From Candidatus Aminicenantes bacterium (GTDB taxonomy: Bacteria > Acidobacteriota > Aminicenantia > Aminicenantales > JAFGBC01), in contig OY969696.1 of NCBI GenBank assembly GCA_963702005.1, forward strand, positions 2,112,001 through 2,176,000: 64,000 bases of DNA, written 5' to 3'. How positions within the stretch are numbered: the first letter of the stretch is position 1; each line of letters starts with the position of its first letter. A program made the position numbers and the translations under genes. Below are positions 38,118 to 47,733 of the stretch, in pieces. The notes below the pieces were generated by a model. That model saw only the letters and a program-made list of their open reading frames with translations, searched no databases and was not told where the DNA came from.

Positions 38118-40459
38118 GGCGCCGCGGAAAATTCCGGGGACACGCACCGAAATTAAGAAATTTCGGAGCATGTCCCCTGGTTGCCGTCGCTTTAATTTGT
38201 TTGGTCGGGTTCGCATTCGCTTCGACGGACAAGCAGGCCCAGTGGACCGGGAGCCGGACAAGCCCCGTCCATCGCATCCCGCTTAAGGACGAGCTCAACC
38301 AGGACATCATCCCAAGCGAACCGAACCCGCTCCCGTTTTCGTCCCGGCATTCCTGCGCCCCCTGCCACACTTACTCCGTCATCGAAAAAGGCCTCCATTT
38401 CAGCGCCGGTCGGGGCGGGAGCGACGGCCGTCCCGGCGAGCCCTGGATCTGGCTCGACGAAAAAACGGGAACGGTCCTGCCTCTTTCCTACCGGAAATGG
38501 AAGGGGAGCTGGGACCCCGCGGCCCTCGGCCTGTCGACCTGGGATTTCACGCTTCTGTTCGGCAGGCACTTGGCCGGGGGCGGCATCGCCGAGCCCAAGG
38601 ACGGCGAGGCGACTCCCGGATCACGTTGGGATGTCTCGGGCCGGATCGAGATCAACTGCCTGGGCTGCCACAGCGGCTCGCCCCGCCAGGACCACAGCGA
38701 ATGGGCCAGGCAGATCCTGCGCCACAACTTCCGCTGGGCGGCGACCGCGGCCGCGGGCTTGGGCGAGGTCGGCGGCATGGCCTCGCGCCTGTCCGGGACC
38801 TGGGACGTCTTCGACGGCCCCAACCCCGACGACAGCGAATGGGCCGTCGCGCCCTCGGTCCGCTACGACCGGACGATTTTCGACTCCAAACACCGCGCCT
38901 ATCTCGATATCGTCCTCAGGCCGGAGGACGCCCGCTGCCTCTCCTGCCACTCCGTGACGCCGGTCGGAGCCGCGAAGGCGGGCACCGACGGGGACGTCCA
39001 CGCGGCGGCCGGGCTCCGCTGCGTGAGCTGCCACCGGAACGGGATCGATCATGATATGATCCGAGGCTATGAGGGGGAGAACGGAGATGAACCGGCGGAG
39101 GCGGCCGAGCAACTGACTTGCGCCGGCTGCCATCTCGGGAAGGACGCCGCCGCGGGAGGCAAGGGCTGGTCGGGCCGGATGGGAGCTCCCTATCCTCTCC
39201 ATAAAGGCCTGCCCAAGGTCCATTTCGAGAGGCTGAGCTGCGCCGTCTGCCACTCGGGGCCGCTGCCGGCCGGGGAGCCGACCAAAGTCCGGACGGCCCG
39301 GGCCAACCGGCTGGGTATTTTCGGGATCGCCGATTGGTCCACGAAGCTCCCGTCCGTCCTCGAGCCGGTCTATATCAGGGACGCCGCGAACAAGCTTACT
39401 CCGCATCGAATCATCTGGCCCTCCTTCTGGGCGCGAAGAAAAAAGGACGGGACGCTCGTCCCGCTGAGTCCCGAGGCCGTCCTGGCGGCGGCCGGTCCGG
39501 TCTTCGCCCCTCCCGACAAAGCGGCGCGCATCCTCTCCTTTCTGACCGGAGCGCTCGGAGAAGGGGAGAGGGCCGTGCTCGTCCTGGAGGGGAATGCTTT
39601 CGAACTCAACGTTGACGGAGGCCTGGCGCCTTCGTCCGTGCGGGTCGCGCCCGATATCAAAGGGCTGCTGGGAATGGCGGGCGCGGACGGCGTCCTCAAG
39701 CCGCTCATCCCGGAGGTCGATCCGGCGGCCGCCGAGCCGCAGCTCGACGCGGAAGCGAAGGTTCAGAAGTTGCTTGAGGCACTGGGGACGGAGGCCGGCA
39801 TTCCAGGCCCGCCCGTCTTGGCGATTAAAAACTTCGTCTACAAGATCACGGATGGATATTTGGATAAGGCGGAAACAGCCGGCCCGGCCCGGACCGAGCC
39901 CGAGCTCGGATATCTCGTCGGCAAAAAGGTCCAGCCGCTCCTGTCCGATTTTGAGCGAAGGACGCTCGCGGCTGTTGCCGGGAAAGATTCGGCCCTGACC
40001 GAAGAACAAGTCGCCCTCGCCCTTGCCGAATTGAATAGAGACGCCGTCTACATCTCGGCCGGAAAGCTCCACGAGCTTGACAAAAACGGCCGCCTCAAGT
40101 CCCGCGACCACCGAGCGGCCGGCTTCGTCGCCTGGCCGCTCGGCCACGACGTCCGTCCCGCCCGCCAGGCGCTGGGCGTTCACGGCTGCACGGACTGCCA
40201 TTCCATGGATTCGAAGTTCTTCTTCGGCACGGTTAAGGCCGAAGGGCCGTTGATCACGGCTGGGACGATCGGACGTCCGGCTTCGTCCTTCATGGGATTG
40301 GGCGGGCTCTTTCATAGGATGTTCGGCCTCAGCTTCACGGTCCGGCCCGTGTTCAAGATGGTCCTGGCCGCCGCGGTCGCCATCCTCGGCCTCACGGTGC
40401 TGCTGGCGGCGCTCCTGGCCCTGGGCCGCCTGTCCGGTCTTCTGGAAAAGAGGAGATGA
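38114..40459 (+). CDS. membrane-anchored multihaem cytochrome c (7 CxxCH)
   Basis: CAPCH, CLGCH, CLSCH, CVSCH, CAGCH, CAVCH, CTDCH; signal peptide; C-terminal TM; ATGA overlap. Confidence 0.88.
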   Translation: MRRRGKFRGHAPKLRNFGACPLVAVALICLVGFAFASTDKQAQWTGSRTSPVHRIPLKDELNQDIIPSEPNPLPFSSRHSCAPCHTYSVIEKGLHFSAGRGGSDGRPGEPWIWLDEKTGTVLPLSYRKWKGSWDPAALGLSTWDFTLLFGRHLAGGGIAEPKDGEATPGSRWDVSGRIEINCLGCHSGSPRQDHSEWARQILRHNFRWAATAAAGLGEVGGMASRLSGTWDVFDGPNPDDSEWAVAPSVRYDRTIFDSKHRAYLDIVLRPEDARCLSCHSVTPVGAAKAGTDGDVHAAAGLRCVSCHRNGIDHDMIRGYEGENGDEPAEAAEQLTCAGCHLGKDAAAGGKGWSGRMGAPYPLHKGLPKVHFERLSCAVCHSGPLPAGEPTKVRTARANRLGIFGIADWSTKLPSVLEPVYIRDAANKLTPHRIIWPSFWARRKKDGTLVPLSPEAVLAAAGPVFAPPDKAARILSFLTGALGEGERAVLVLEGNAFELNVDGGLAPSSVRVAPDIKGLLGMAGADGVLKPLIPEVDPAAAEPQLDAEAKVQKLLEALGTEAGIPGPPVLAIKNFVYKITDGYLDKAETAGPARTEPELGYLVGKKVQPLLSDFERRTLAAVAGKDSALTEEQVALALAELNRDAVYISAGKLHELDKNGRLKSRDHRAAGFVAWPLGHDVRPARQALGVHGCTDCHSMDSKFFFGTVKAEGPLITAGTIGRPASSFMGLGGLFHRMFGLSFTVRPVFKMVLAAAVAILGLTVLLAALLALGRLSGLLEKRR
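38129..38182. repeat. REP-like family A variant hairpin inside cytochrome 5' end
   Basis: GGGGACACGCACCGAAATT-AAGA-AATTTCGGAGCATGTCCCC. Confidence 0.7.
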
Positions 40460-41148
40460 ACGCCATGCTCTTCAGGCTCGTCGCCATCCTCGTCCTCCTG
40501 GCCGCAGCCTTCCGGCTGAGCTTGTTCCGCTTCCAGGCCGCGGCCTCGCCCAAGGGCCGGCCGTCGGAGCCCTTCCGATTCAAGGCTTATTTGGGATGGG
40601 TCCGCGAGCGGTTGTCCCGGCTTGCCCAGCCGGCATTCTGGCCGCGTTCGGTCAAGGTTGTCGAAGCCTGGCTGAAGCTCCATTATCCCGGCTGGAGGAT
40701 CTGGGTTTGGGCGGGGCTCGTCCTGAGCTTCACCTATAACGCCGTGAGCGGACTCGGCTATGCCGTTTTCATCCGGCGCGGCCTTTGGGGCGCGCCCCTG
40801 CTCCTCCATGTCATGTCCGGGGAGCTGTTCGCCATCTGCCTGGCCGCCGTCGTCATCCTCAGGGCTCGCCGCTACGGATTCGAGGCGGACAAGGGCAAGG
40901 GCGAGGTCGAGTGCCTCGTCTGCCCGGTCGTGAAACGGGTCCCGCTTCCCCTGGCGCGTACGCTCGCGTTTTGGATTTTCGTCCTGGCCGGCCTCGTCCT
41001 CGGGGCGACGGCCCTATTCTCGATGCTCCCCTGGTTCGTCTACACGGCCCAGCTCACGTTTATCGGCGTCCACCGCTATGCGGCATTGGCGGCGGCCCTG
41101 GCGGCCATGATCTTCGCGGACCTCGACCTCATCCCGCGCCGCTCCTGA
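40456..41148 (+). CDS. cytochrome b-like integral membrane protein
   Basis: About 5 TM helices; membrane His in LLLHVMSG and GVHRYAAL; follows cytochrome c. Confidence 0.6.
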   Translation: MNAMLFRLVAILVLLAAAFRLSLFRFQAAASPKGRPSEPFRFKAYLGWVRERLSRLAQPAFWPRSVKVVEAWLKLHYPGWRIWVWAGLVLSFTYNAVSGLGYAVFIRRGLWGAPLLLHVMSGELFAICLAAVVILRARRYGFEADKGKGEVECLVCPVVKRVPLPLARTLAFWIFVLAGLVLGATALFSMLPWFVYTAQLTFIGVHRYAALAAALAAMIFADLDLIPRRS

Positions 41149-41150
41149 CG

Positions 41151-42059
41151 ATGGCCGAACCGGAATCCGTCTTTCGCTTCGGCCATGAGGCCATGTCCAC
41201 CGCTTTCGAGATCTTCGCGGCCGGCCCTGACGAAGATGACCTCCGTCAAGCGGCTCAGGCCGCTTTCCGGGAGATCGACCGAATCGAGCGGATCTTGAGC
41301 CGGTTCGATCCCGGGAGCGACATCGGGCGAATCAATAGACTCCGTCCGGGCGAATCCCTCCGGATCGGGGTCGAGACCGTCGAGTGTCTGACGGCGGCCG
41401 AGGATGTCCGCCTGGAGACGGCCGGTGCTTTTGATATCCGTTTCCGGTCTCTGATAAAATACGGCTGGGAGATCGGGCCCTCCGGCGGAGGGTTCGAGTT
41501 CCGCCTCCGGGAAGCCGAGACGCCAGAGGGTAAGCCCTCTCAAGCTCCGCTCGAGCTCGACTTAGGCGGAATCGGGAAGGGCTATGCCCTGGAAAAGGCC
41601 TGCGCCGTCCTGTCCGAATGGGGCGTCGAGCGGGCCCTCGTCCATGGCGGGACGAGCACGGCCTTCGGGCTCGGAGCCGGCCCCGAGCCGGACGGCCGTT
41701 CGAAGGGATGGCCGGTGGGCGTCGCCGGACCCTGGGCGGGGCCGGGCGTCCCGCGGAGCGTCCTCCTCGCGGATATCGCTTTGAGCGGATCAGGGACAGA
41801 GGTCAAGGGCGCCCATATTCTGGACCCGAGGACGGGCGAGCCCGCCCGGGGGCATATTGCAGCCTGGGCCGCCCATCCTTCGGCCGCCGTCGCGGACGCC
41901 CTCTCGACGGCCTTCATGGTCATGGCGACGGCCGAGGTCGAAGCACTCTGCCGGCGCCGGCCGGAGGTTTGGGCGCTGGTCGTCGCGGACGGAGGGTGCG
42001 TGATGATTTTCAACCGGGAGGCGCTCCCGGAAGCGGATGTCGAGCGCATGATCCCATGA
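41151..42059 (+). CDS. apbE: FAD:protein FMN transferase
   Basis: AMST, LSRFDPGSDIGRIN, DLGGIGKGYA, HILDPRTG, ADALSTA. Confidence 0.9.
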   Translation: MAEPESVFRFGHEAMSTAFEIFAAGPDEDDLRQAAQAAFREIDRIERILSRFDPGSDIGRINRLRPGESLRIGVETVECLTAAEDVRLETAGAFDIRFRSLIKYGWEIGPSGGGFEFRLREAETPEGKPSQAPLELDLGGIGKGYALEKACAVLSEWGVERALVHGGTSTAFGLGAGPEPDGRSKGWPVGVAGPWAGPGVPRSVLLADIALSGSGTEVKGAHILDPRTGEPARGHIAAWAAHPSAAVADALSTAFMVMATAEVEALCRRRPEVWALVVADGGCVMIFNREALPEADVERMIP

Positions 42060-42073
42060 TGAAGGAGTCAGAC

Positions 42074-42760
42074 ATGATGAAGAAACTGCTGTTCGGGACC
42101 GCCGCCGCGGCCATCCTGGCCGCCGGAGCCCTGGCCTTCGCCGCCGCTCAAGCCCAGGACCAGGACAAGGTCGAGCTCAAGCTCCAGCTCCCCAAACCCA
42201 TGTTCATCGGGACGCCCCGGAACATCCGGACGCCGAACCTGGAGCCAGTAACGGGGAGGCCGCGCGGGCCGGTTTTCGTCCCCAAGGGGACGGTCCTCCT
42301 ATCGCTCCACAAACCCGTTACCTCGAGCGACATGCAGCCCGTCATCGGCGAGCTGAGCTTCGTCACGGACGGCGAGAAGTCGGGCGAGGACGGCTACTTC
42401 GTCGAGCTCGGCCCGGCCAAGCAGTGGGTTCAGATCGACCTCAAGGGAACCTACACCCTGAGCGCCATCCTCGTCTGGCACTACCACAGCCAGGCCCGCG
42501 TCTATCGGGATGTCGTCGTCCAGGTCGCCGAAGACAAGGATTTCGTGAGCGGAGTCCAGCCGCTCTTTAACAACGACCACGACAATTCCTCGGGGCTGGG
42601 CGCCGGCAAGGACAAGGAATACATCGAAACGAACGAAGGCCGCTTCATCGATCCCAAAGGGGCCAAGGGCCGTTATATTCGACTCTACAGCAGCGGCAAT
42701 ACCTCGAACGACATGAATCACTATGTGGAGGTCGAGGTCTACGGCCTCCCCGTCAAATGA
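42074..42760 (+). CDS. secreted discoidin/F5-8 type C-like protein
   Basis: Signal peptide; TDGEK, WVQIDL, RYIRLYS, EVEVYG. Confidence 0.75.
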   Translation: MMKKLLFGTAAAAILAAGALAFAAAQAQDQDKVELKLQLPKPMFIGTPRNIRTPNLEPVTGRPRGPVFVPKGTVLLSLHKPVTSSDMQPVIGELSFVTDGEKSGEDGYFVELGPAKQWVQIDLKGTYTLSAILVWHYHSQARVYRDVVVQVAEDKDFVSGVQPLFNNDHDNSSGLGAGKDKEYIETNEGRFIDPKGAKGRYIRLYSSGNTSNDMNHYVEVEVYGLPVK

Positions 42761-44244
42761 AACGGACGGTTTTCGTCGGCGGGCTCGGGCTCATTGTCCT
42801 GGGCGGCCTTCTCCTCCGGACGGCCGACCTGGGCCTCAGGCCCATGCATCCCGACGAGGCCAACCAGGCCGTCAAATTCGGCGCCCTCCTCGAGAAAGGG
42901 GAGTACCGCTATGATCCCGCCGAGCATCATGGCCCGACCCTCTACTATCTAACCCTGCCGGTGGCCCGGCTGGCGGGGCGGTCGACCCTGGCCGCGCTCG
43001 ATGAACGGACGCTGCGGCTCGTCCCGGCCTTGTTCGGGGCGGCCGCCGTGCTCTTGCTGGCCCTGTTCGGGAAGGCCATGGACCGGCGCGCCATTCTCGC
43101 CGCGGCCTTATTTGCGGCCGTCTCGCCGGTTCTCGTCTATTACAGCCGGTTCTATATCCAGGAGACGCTCCTGATGGCCTTCGTCGTCGGATTCCTCGCC
43201 TCGCTCTGGCGGGCATCGGCCCGGCCGTCGGCCGGCTGGGCCGCAGCGGCGGGCCTGTTCGCAGGGCTCATGTTCGCCAGCAAGGAAACGGCGGTCATCC
43301 TATTCGCGGCGGCCGGGATTGCGCTCGTGGTTCTCAGGCCTTGGAGAGAGCGGGGCCCGCGCCAAGCCCTAGCCGGGCTCGCCGCGTTCGCGGTCACCGC
43401 CGGGCTCTTTTTTTCATCCTTCCTCCGTTATCCGAAAGGGATCGTCGATTCCTTCCTCAGCTTCGCGAGTTATTTCCAGAAAGCGGGGGAGCCGGGTTTC
43501 CACGTCCAACCCTGGCATTATTATCTCGAGCTGCTGGCCTTTTTCCGCGAGGGACGGGGGCCGGTCTGGACTGAAGCCCTCATCCTGATCCTGGCCGTCG
43601 CCGGGGGAGCCGCCGCTTTTGCCCTCAGGAAACGGAAGTCGTCCGGACTGATGCGCTTCATCGCCTTGTACACCCTCGTCGCGACGGCCGTTTTTTCGTT
43701 TATCCCATATAAGACGCCCTGGAACCTGCTCCCTTTTTACGCGGGATTCGTCATCCTGGCCGGGGAGGGGGCGGTCGTCCTCATCGAGTTGTTGCGGGGA
43801 CGGGCGGCCCGGGTTGCGGCCGCGGTCGTCTTGATCGCCGGCGCCGGCCATCTCGGCCTCGAGAGCTACCGGGCGAGCTTCGTCTATCATTCGGACCCGC
43901 GCAATCCCTGGGTCTATGCCCAAACCGTGCCCGACATCCTGAGGCTCGTTCGCCGGGTCGAAAAACTCAGCCTGGCCCGTCCCGAGGGGAAGGACGTGCT
44001 GATCAAGGTCGTGGCCGACCCTTCGGAGACCTGGCCCTTGCCCTGGTATCTGAGAAGTTTCCGGATGGTTGGGTACTGGACCAAAGCGGAGGACGCCGGG
44101 GGATTCGAGGGCGTCCCCGTCGTCATCTGTTCGGTCGAAGCGGCCGAAAAACTCGGCTCCCTTTTCGAGGACGCTTATCAAACCGAATACTTCGGGCTGC
44201 GTCCCGGCGTTCTTCTCATACTCGGATTCAGATCCCGCTTATAG
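42757..44244 (+). CDS. TIGR03663/Agl23-like membrane glycosyltransferase (PMT-like)
   Basis: RPMHPDEA, YRYDPAEHHGP, YYSRF, SKE, YKTPW, WPLPWYLR; multiple TMs. Confidence 0.82.
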   Translation: MKRTVFVGGLGLIVLGGLLLRTADLGLRPMHPDEANQAVKFGALLEKGEYRYDPAEHHGPTLYYLTLPVARLAGRSTLAALDERTLRLVPALFGAAAVLLLALFGKAMDRRAILAAALFAAVSPVLVYYSRFYIQETLLMAFVVGFLASLWRASARPSAGWAAAAGLFAGLMFASKETAVILFAAAGIALVVLRPWRERGPRQALAGLAAFAVTAGLFFSSFLRYPKGIVDSFLSFASYFQKAGEPGFHVQPWHYYLELLAFFREGRGPVWTEALILILAVAGGAAAFALRKRKSSGLMRFIALYTLVATAVFSFIPYKTPWNLLPFYAGFVILAGEGAVVLIELLRGRAARVAAAVVLIAGAGHLGLESYRASFVYHSDPRNPWVYAQTVPDILRLVRRVEKLSLARPEGKDVLIKVVADPSETWPLPWYLRSFRMVGYWTKAEDAGGFEGVPVVICSVEAAEKLGSLFEDAYQTEYFGLRPGVLLILGFRSRL

Positions 44245-44262
44245 CTCGCCGATAACAAAGAG

Positions 44263-47200
44263 CTATTTTTTGTGATAGTTGGGGTAGGGGGGATGATCCG
44301 GGATGACGACGGGATTCTTTTTCAGCGCCTCCAGCGTCACCTGAACGGCCTTTTCGAGCTGGGGATCACGGCCGGCGGCGACGGAGGCGGGGTCGTTCTC
44401 CACCTCGATGTCGGGCGCGATGCCGCGGTTCTCCACCTCCCATTCGCCCTTCAGGCCGTAGATGGCCACCCGGGGAGCGGTCACAAAGCCGCCGTCCAGA
44501 AGGACAGGATAACCATAGATGCCGACCAGCCCTCCCCAGGTGCGCGTCCCGACCAAGGGGCCGATTTTATCCTGCTTGAACATCCAGGGAAGCGCGTCGC
44601 CGCCCGAGCCCGACATTTCATTGATGATCATCGTCTTGGGGCCGTAGATCTGCGCCAGGGGCGAGCAGAATTTCTCGCCCTCCCGGGTGACGCTGCAATT
44701 ACGCAGGGGACGGCTGAGAAGGTCGATAATGTAGTCGGCGATTTCACCGCCGTGGTTGTAGCGTTCGTCGATGACGGCGGCCTGCTTGCCGACCTGGGCG
44801 AAGTAGAAACGGTTGAAATTCTGGTAGCCGCCGACGGCCGTATCCGGCACGTGGACATAGGCGATCTTCCCGCCGCTCAGCTCATCCACCCGGCGGCGGT
44901 TGTCTTCCTCCCAAGCGCGGTTGCGCAGGGGGAATTCCGACTCGACCGGGATGACCGTGATTTCGCGCGAGTCTCGGCCGTCCGGATTCACGCCCACCTT
45001 GATCTTGACCTGTTTTCCGGCCGTGTTCTCCAAGAAGCCGTGCACGTCCGCCGGCGGGCGAACGGCCGCTCCGTTGATCTCCAGGAGATATTCGCCCGGC
45101 TTCACTTCCGCGCCGGGCTGCGTCAGGGGGGCGCGCAGCTCGGGATTCCAATTTTCGCCGCTGTAGATCCGCGCGAAGCGGTAACGCCCGTTCTCGATCG
45201 TGTAATCGGCGCCGAGCAGTCCGCCCTTGACCCTCTTCGCCGGGGGAAGGTCGCCCCCGAACACGAACATGTGGCCGATGGTGACCTCTCCGAGCATCTC
45301 TTCGAACAGATAATTGAGGTCGGCGCGGCCGCCCAAGCCCTTCAGGTACGGCGCATACTTCGTCTCGGCGGCGGCCAGATCCAGGCCGTGATGGTTCGGG
45401 TCATACAGGAAATCGCGCTGGATGCGCCAGACTTCATGGTACATCTGGTTCCAGCCGAGGCGCGGATCGACAGCGACCTCCATCGAACCGAGGTTGAGGG
45501 CGCCCTCGCCGGGCTTGGGCGCGGGCGGGCCGGAGGCGATAAACCAGCCGGGGCCCTGCCGGTAGAGGACCTTGTCTCCGCTGAACGAAACGACGAAGGC
45601 GGAGATTCCGCCCAGGAAGGGCTCGGTTTTGCGGGTGCTCAGGTCGAAGCTGGAGACGGTCAGCGGCGCGGGTTCGGTCAACGAGGGAACGGAAGGGATT
45701 TCGCTGAGGAAGAGCGTTCCCGCTTTGCCGGCGTCCAGACGGACGTAGTTCGCGGCCTTGATCGGCAGGGCCAGGATGCGCTGGCCGATGCCGTCGAGAT
45801 CGATCGTGACCTTGACGGCCTCTTCCTTCTTCTCCCCCTCTTTCCCCTTAGGGCTCTGCTCGGCCTTCGCGGCCTCTTTGGCCTTCTCGCCTTCCTTAGC
45901 CTTCTCGGCTTCCTTGGCTTTGTCCGGGGCCTTTTCCTCGTCGCTTTGCGGCTCGACCGGCGAGGGATCTCCCTTCTTCAACACGACCGCATAAATGCTG
46001 CGCGAAACGGGGCGCTGGTAGCTGGAAAGGTCGAGCCAGCCGACCGAAAGGCCGACGTCGGTGCTGGCCGCGAAGAACAGGGTCTTTCCGCCCTTGTCGA
46101 AGACGGGCATGCGCGCATCGCTCAAGCCGTCCGTGATCGGAGCGCTCTTCCCGGTTTCCAGCGAGAACAGGAACAGGCTGCGCAGGTGGTTGGGCAGGCA
46201 GCGGGAATAGACGATCCAGCGGCTGTCCGGCGACCAGGCCGGATCGAGGCCGTAGGTCGGATCTTCAAAAAGATCCTCGTCTACCTTCAGCGGCGCTCCC
46301 TTCTCGACGTCCAAGCACCAAAGATTCAGCCGCTTGTCGGTGTAGGCGATTTTCTTGCTGTCCGGCGACCAGCGCGGGCTGTAGAAGAACGACGGGGGAT
46401 CGCCCAGGCTGATCTTTTTCACCGGGCCGAGGCCGGACTGCGGGATCAGATGGAGCGCGTACTCTCCCGACTCGTCGGAAAAGCAGGCGATCCAGTTGCC
46501 GTCGGGCGACCAGGCCGGATCGCGCTCGGCGACCCCCGGCGTCCGGGTCAGGTTCCGGATGTCGCCCTTGGCGGCCGGCACCGTCAGGATCTCGCCGTAG
46601 GCTTCAAACAGGGCGCGCGCCCCCGACGGCGAGATCGCGGCGTTGACGATCTTCTCTCCGACATTTTCAAAGTGAGGCCGTGTCGAGGGCAGGTCGGCCG
46701 AAATCCGGATGTCGACGGGCCGGGACTTGCCGGTCTCCGGCTCGAACAGATAAATCCCGCCGAACTGCTCGTAGACGAGAGCATCGGGTCCGGCCGAGAG
46801 CGACTTGAAGTCCAGGCCGCCGTTGGCGACGAGCTGTTTGACGGTCTTGGATTTGGTCTCGTAGCCGAACAGCGTCACCGGTCCGTTGCGATCCGACAAA
46901 AAATAGATCGTGTCGCCCCGCCAGACCGGGTTCGAGTCATTGGAGTTGTCGCGCGGTATCTTCTCGAGGCTCAGGTCCTTGAGCCTCACGATATAAATCG
47001 GAGTGGTCTGGCCGCCCCGATAACGCTTCCAGGCGTTTTGCCATTTCAGGTTCGGGACGTAGGCGATCCGTGAGGCGTCGGGAGAAAAAGAACCTTCTTC
47101 GGCCCGCCACATGGGCAGGGCTTCCGGCCAGCCTCCACCGACCGGAATCGTGTAGAAACGATCGAAGTCGGCGTAGGCTTCCCGATCCGAACGAAAGAGC

Positions 47201-47565
47201 ACCCGCTCGCCGTCCGGCGTCCAGCCGACGGCGACGTCGGCGCCCGGATGCCAGGTGAGCCGCCGGGGCGCGCCGCCGGCCGCGGGCATGACGAAGACGT
47301 CGACGTTTCCGTCGTATTCGGCGGTGAAGGCCAGCCGCTGTCCGTCGGGCGAAAAGATCGCGCCCCTTTCGCGGCCGCCCGTCGTCAACTGGCGGGCCTG
47401 GCCGCCTTCACGCGAAACGCTCCATAAGTATCCTCCGTAGTTGAAGACGATCTCGGTTTTGCTCAGGGTCGGAGACTGAACGAGCAAGCGGGCATCGTCC
47501 GCCGCGGAAGCGGCCCCCAGACAGAGCGCGAATATGAAAAGAGCCATTACGAATCGAACGCGCAT
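44263..47565 (-). CDS. tricorn protease homologue (S41B)
   Basis: PD40 propellers, PDZ, DERYNHGG, SGSGGD, GTRTWGG. Confidence 0.95.
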   Translation of the reverse strand: MRVRFVMALFIFALCLGAASAADDARLLVQSPTLSKTEIVFNYGGYLWSVSREGGQARQLTTGGRERGAIFSPDGQRLAFTAEYDGNVDVFVMPAAGGAPRRLTWHPGADVAVGWTPDGERVLFRSDREAYADFDRFYTIPVGGGWPEALPMWRAEEGSFSPDASRIAYVPNLKWQNAWKRYRGGQTTPIYIVRLKDLSLEKIPRDNSNDSNPVWRGDTIYFLSDRNGPVTLFGYETKSKTVKQLVANGGLDFKSLSAGPDALVYEQFGGIYLFEPETGKSRPVDIRISADLPSTRPHFENVGEKIVNAAISPSGARALFEAYGEILTVPAAKGDIRNLTRTPGVAERDPAWSPDGNWIACFSDESGEYALHLIPQSGLGPVKKISLGDPPSFFYSPRWSPDSKKIAYTDKRLNLWCLDVEKGAPLKVDEDLFEDPTYGLDPAWSPDSRWIVYSRCLPNHLRSLFLFSLETGKSAPITDGLSDARMPVFDKGGKTLFFAASTDVGLSVGWLDLSSYQRPVSRSIYAVVLKKGDPSPVEPQSDEEKAPDKAKEAEKAKEGEKAKEAAKAEQSPKGKEGEKKEEAVKVTIDLDGIGQRILALPIKAANYVRLDAGKAGTLFLSEIPSVPSLTEPAPLTVSSFDLSTRKTEPFLGGISAFVVSFSGDKVLYRQGPGWFIASGPPAPKPGEGALNLGSMEVAVDPRLGWNQMYHEVWRIQRDFLYDPNHHGLDLAAAETKYAPYLKGLGGRADLNYLFEEMLGEVTIGHMFVFGGDLPPAKRVKGGLLGADYTIENGRYRFARIYSGENWNPELRAPLTQPGAEVKPGEYLLEINGAAVRPPADVHGFLENTAGKQVKIKVGVNPDGRDSREITVIPVESEFPLRNRAWEEDNRRRVDELSGGKIAYVHVPDTAVGGYQNFNRFYFAQVGKQAAVIDERYNHGGEIADYIIDLLSRPLRNCSVTREGEKFCSPLAQIYGPKTMIINEMSGSGGDALPWMFKQDKIGPLVGTRTWGGLVGIYGYPVLLDGGFVTAPRVAIYGLKGEWEVENRGIAPDIEVENDPASVAAGRDPQLEKAVQVTLEALKKNPVVIPDHPPYPNYHKK

Positions 47566-47733
47566 GATTTCTCCTTGTCGGGAATGGGATATCCCTTAGT
47601 CATCGTTTGAAATCCTACTCCTTGACTCTGGAATCTGTCAAGACGATGAGATCCTCAATCCAAGCTCCTATCCCTACCATTTTTTTAGTATACTTAAGGG
47701 GCAATGAGAAGGGACACGAAAGGAGTCAGGACT

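Noticed and set aside
44272-47073. 933-aa plus-strand ORF and similar long antisense ORFs
   Set aside because: Shadow frames of high-GC genes with no motifs
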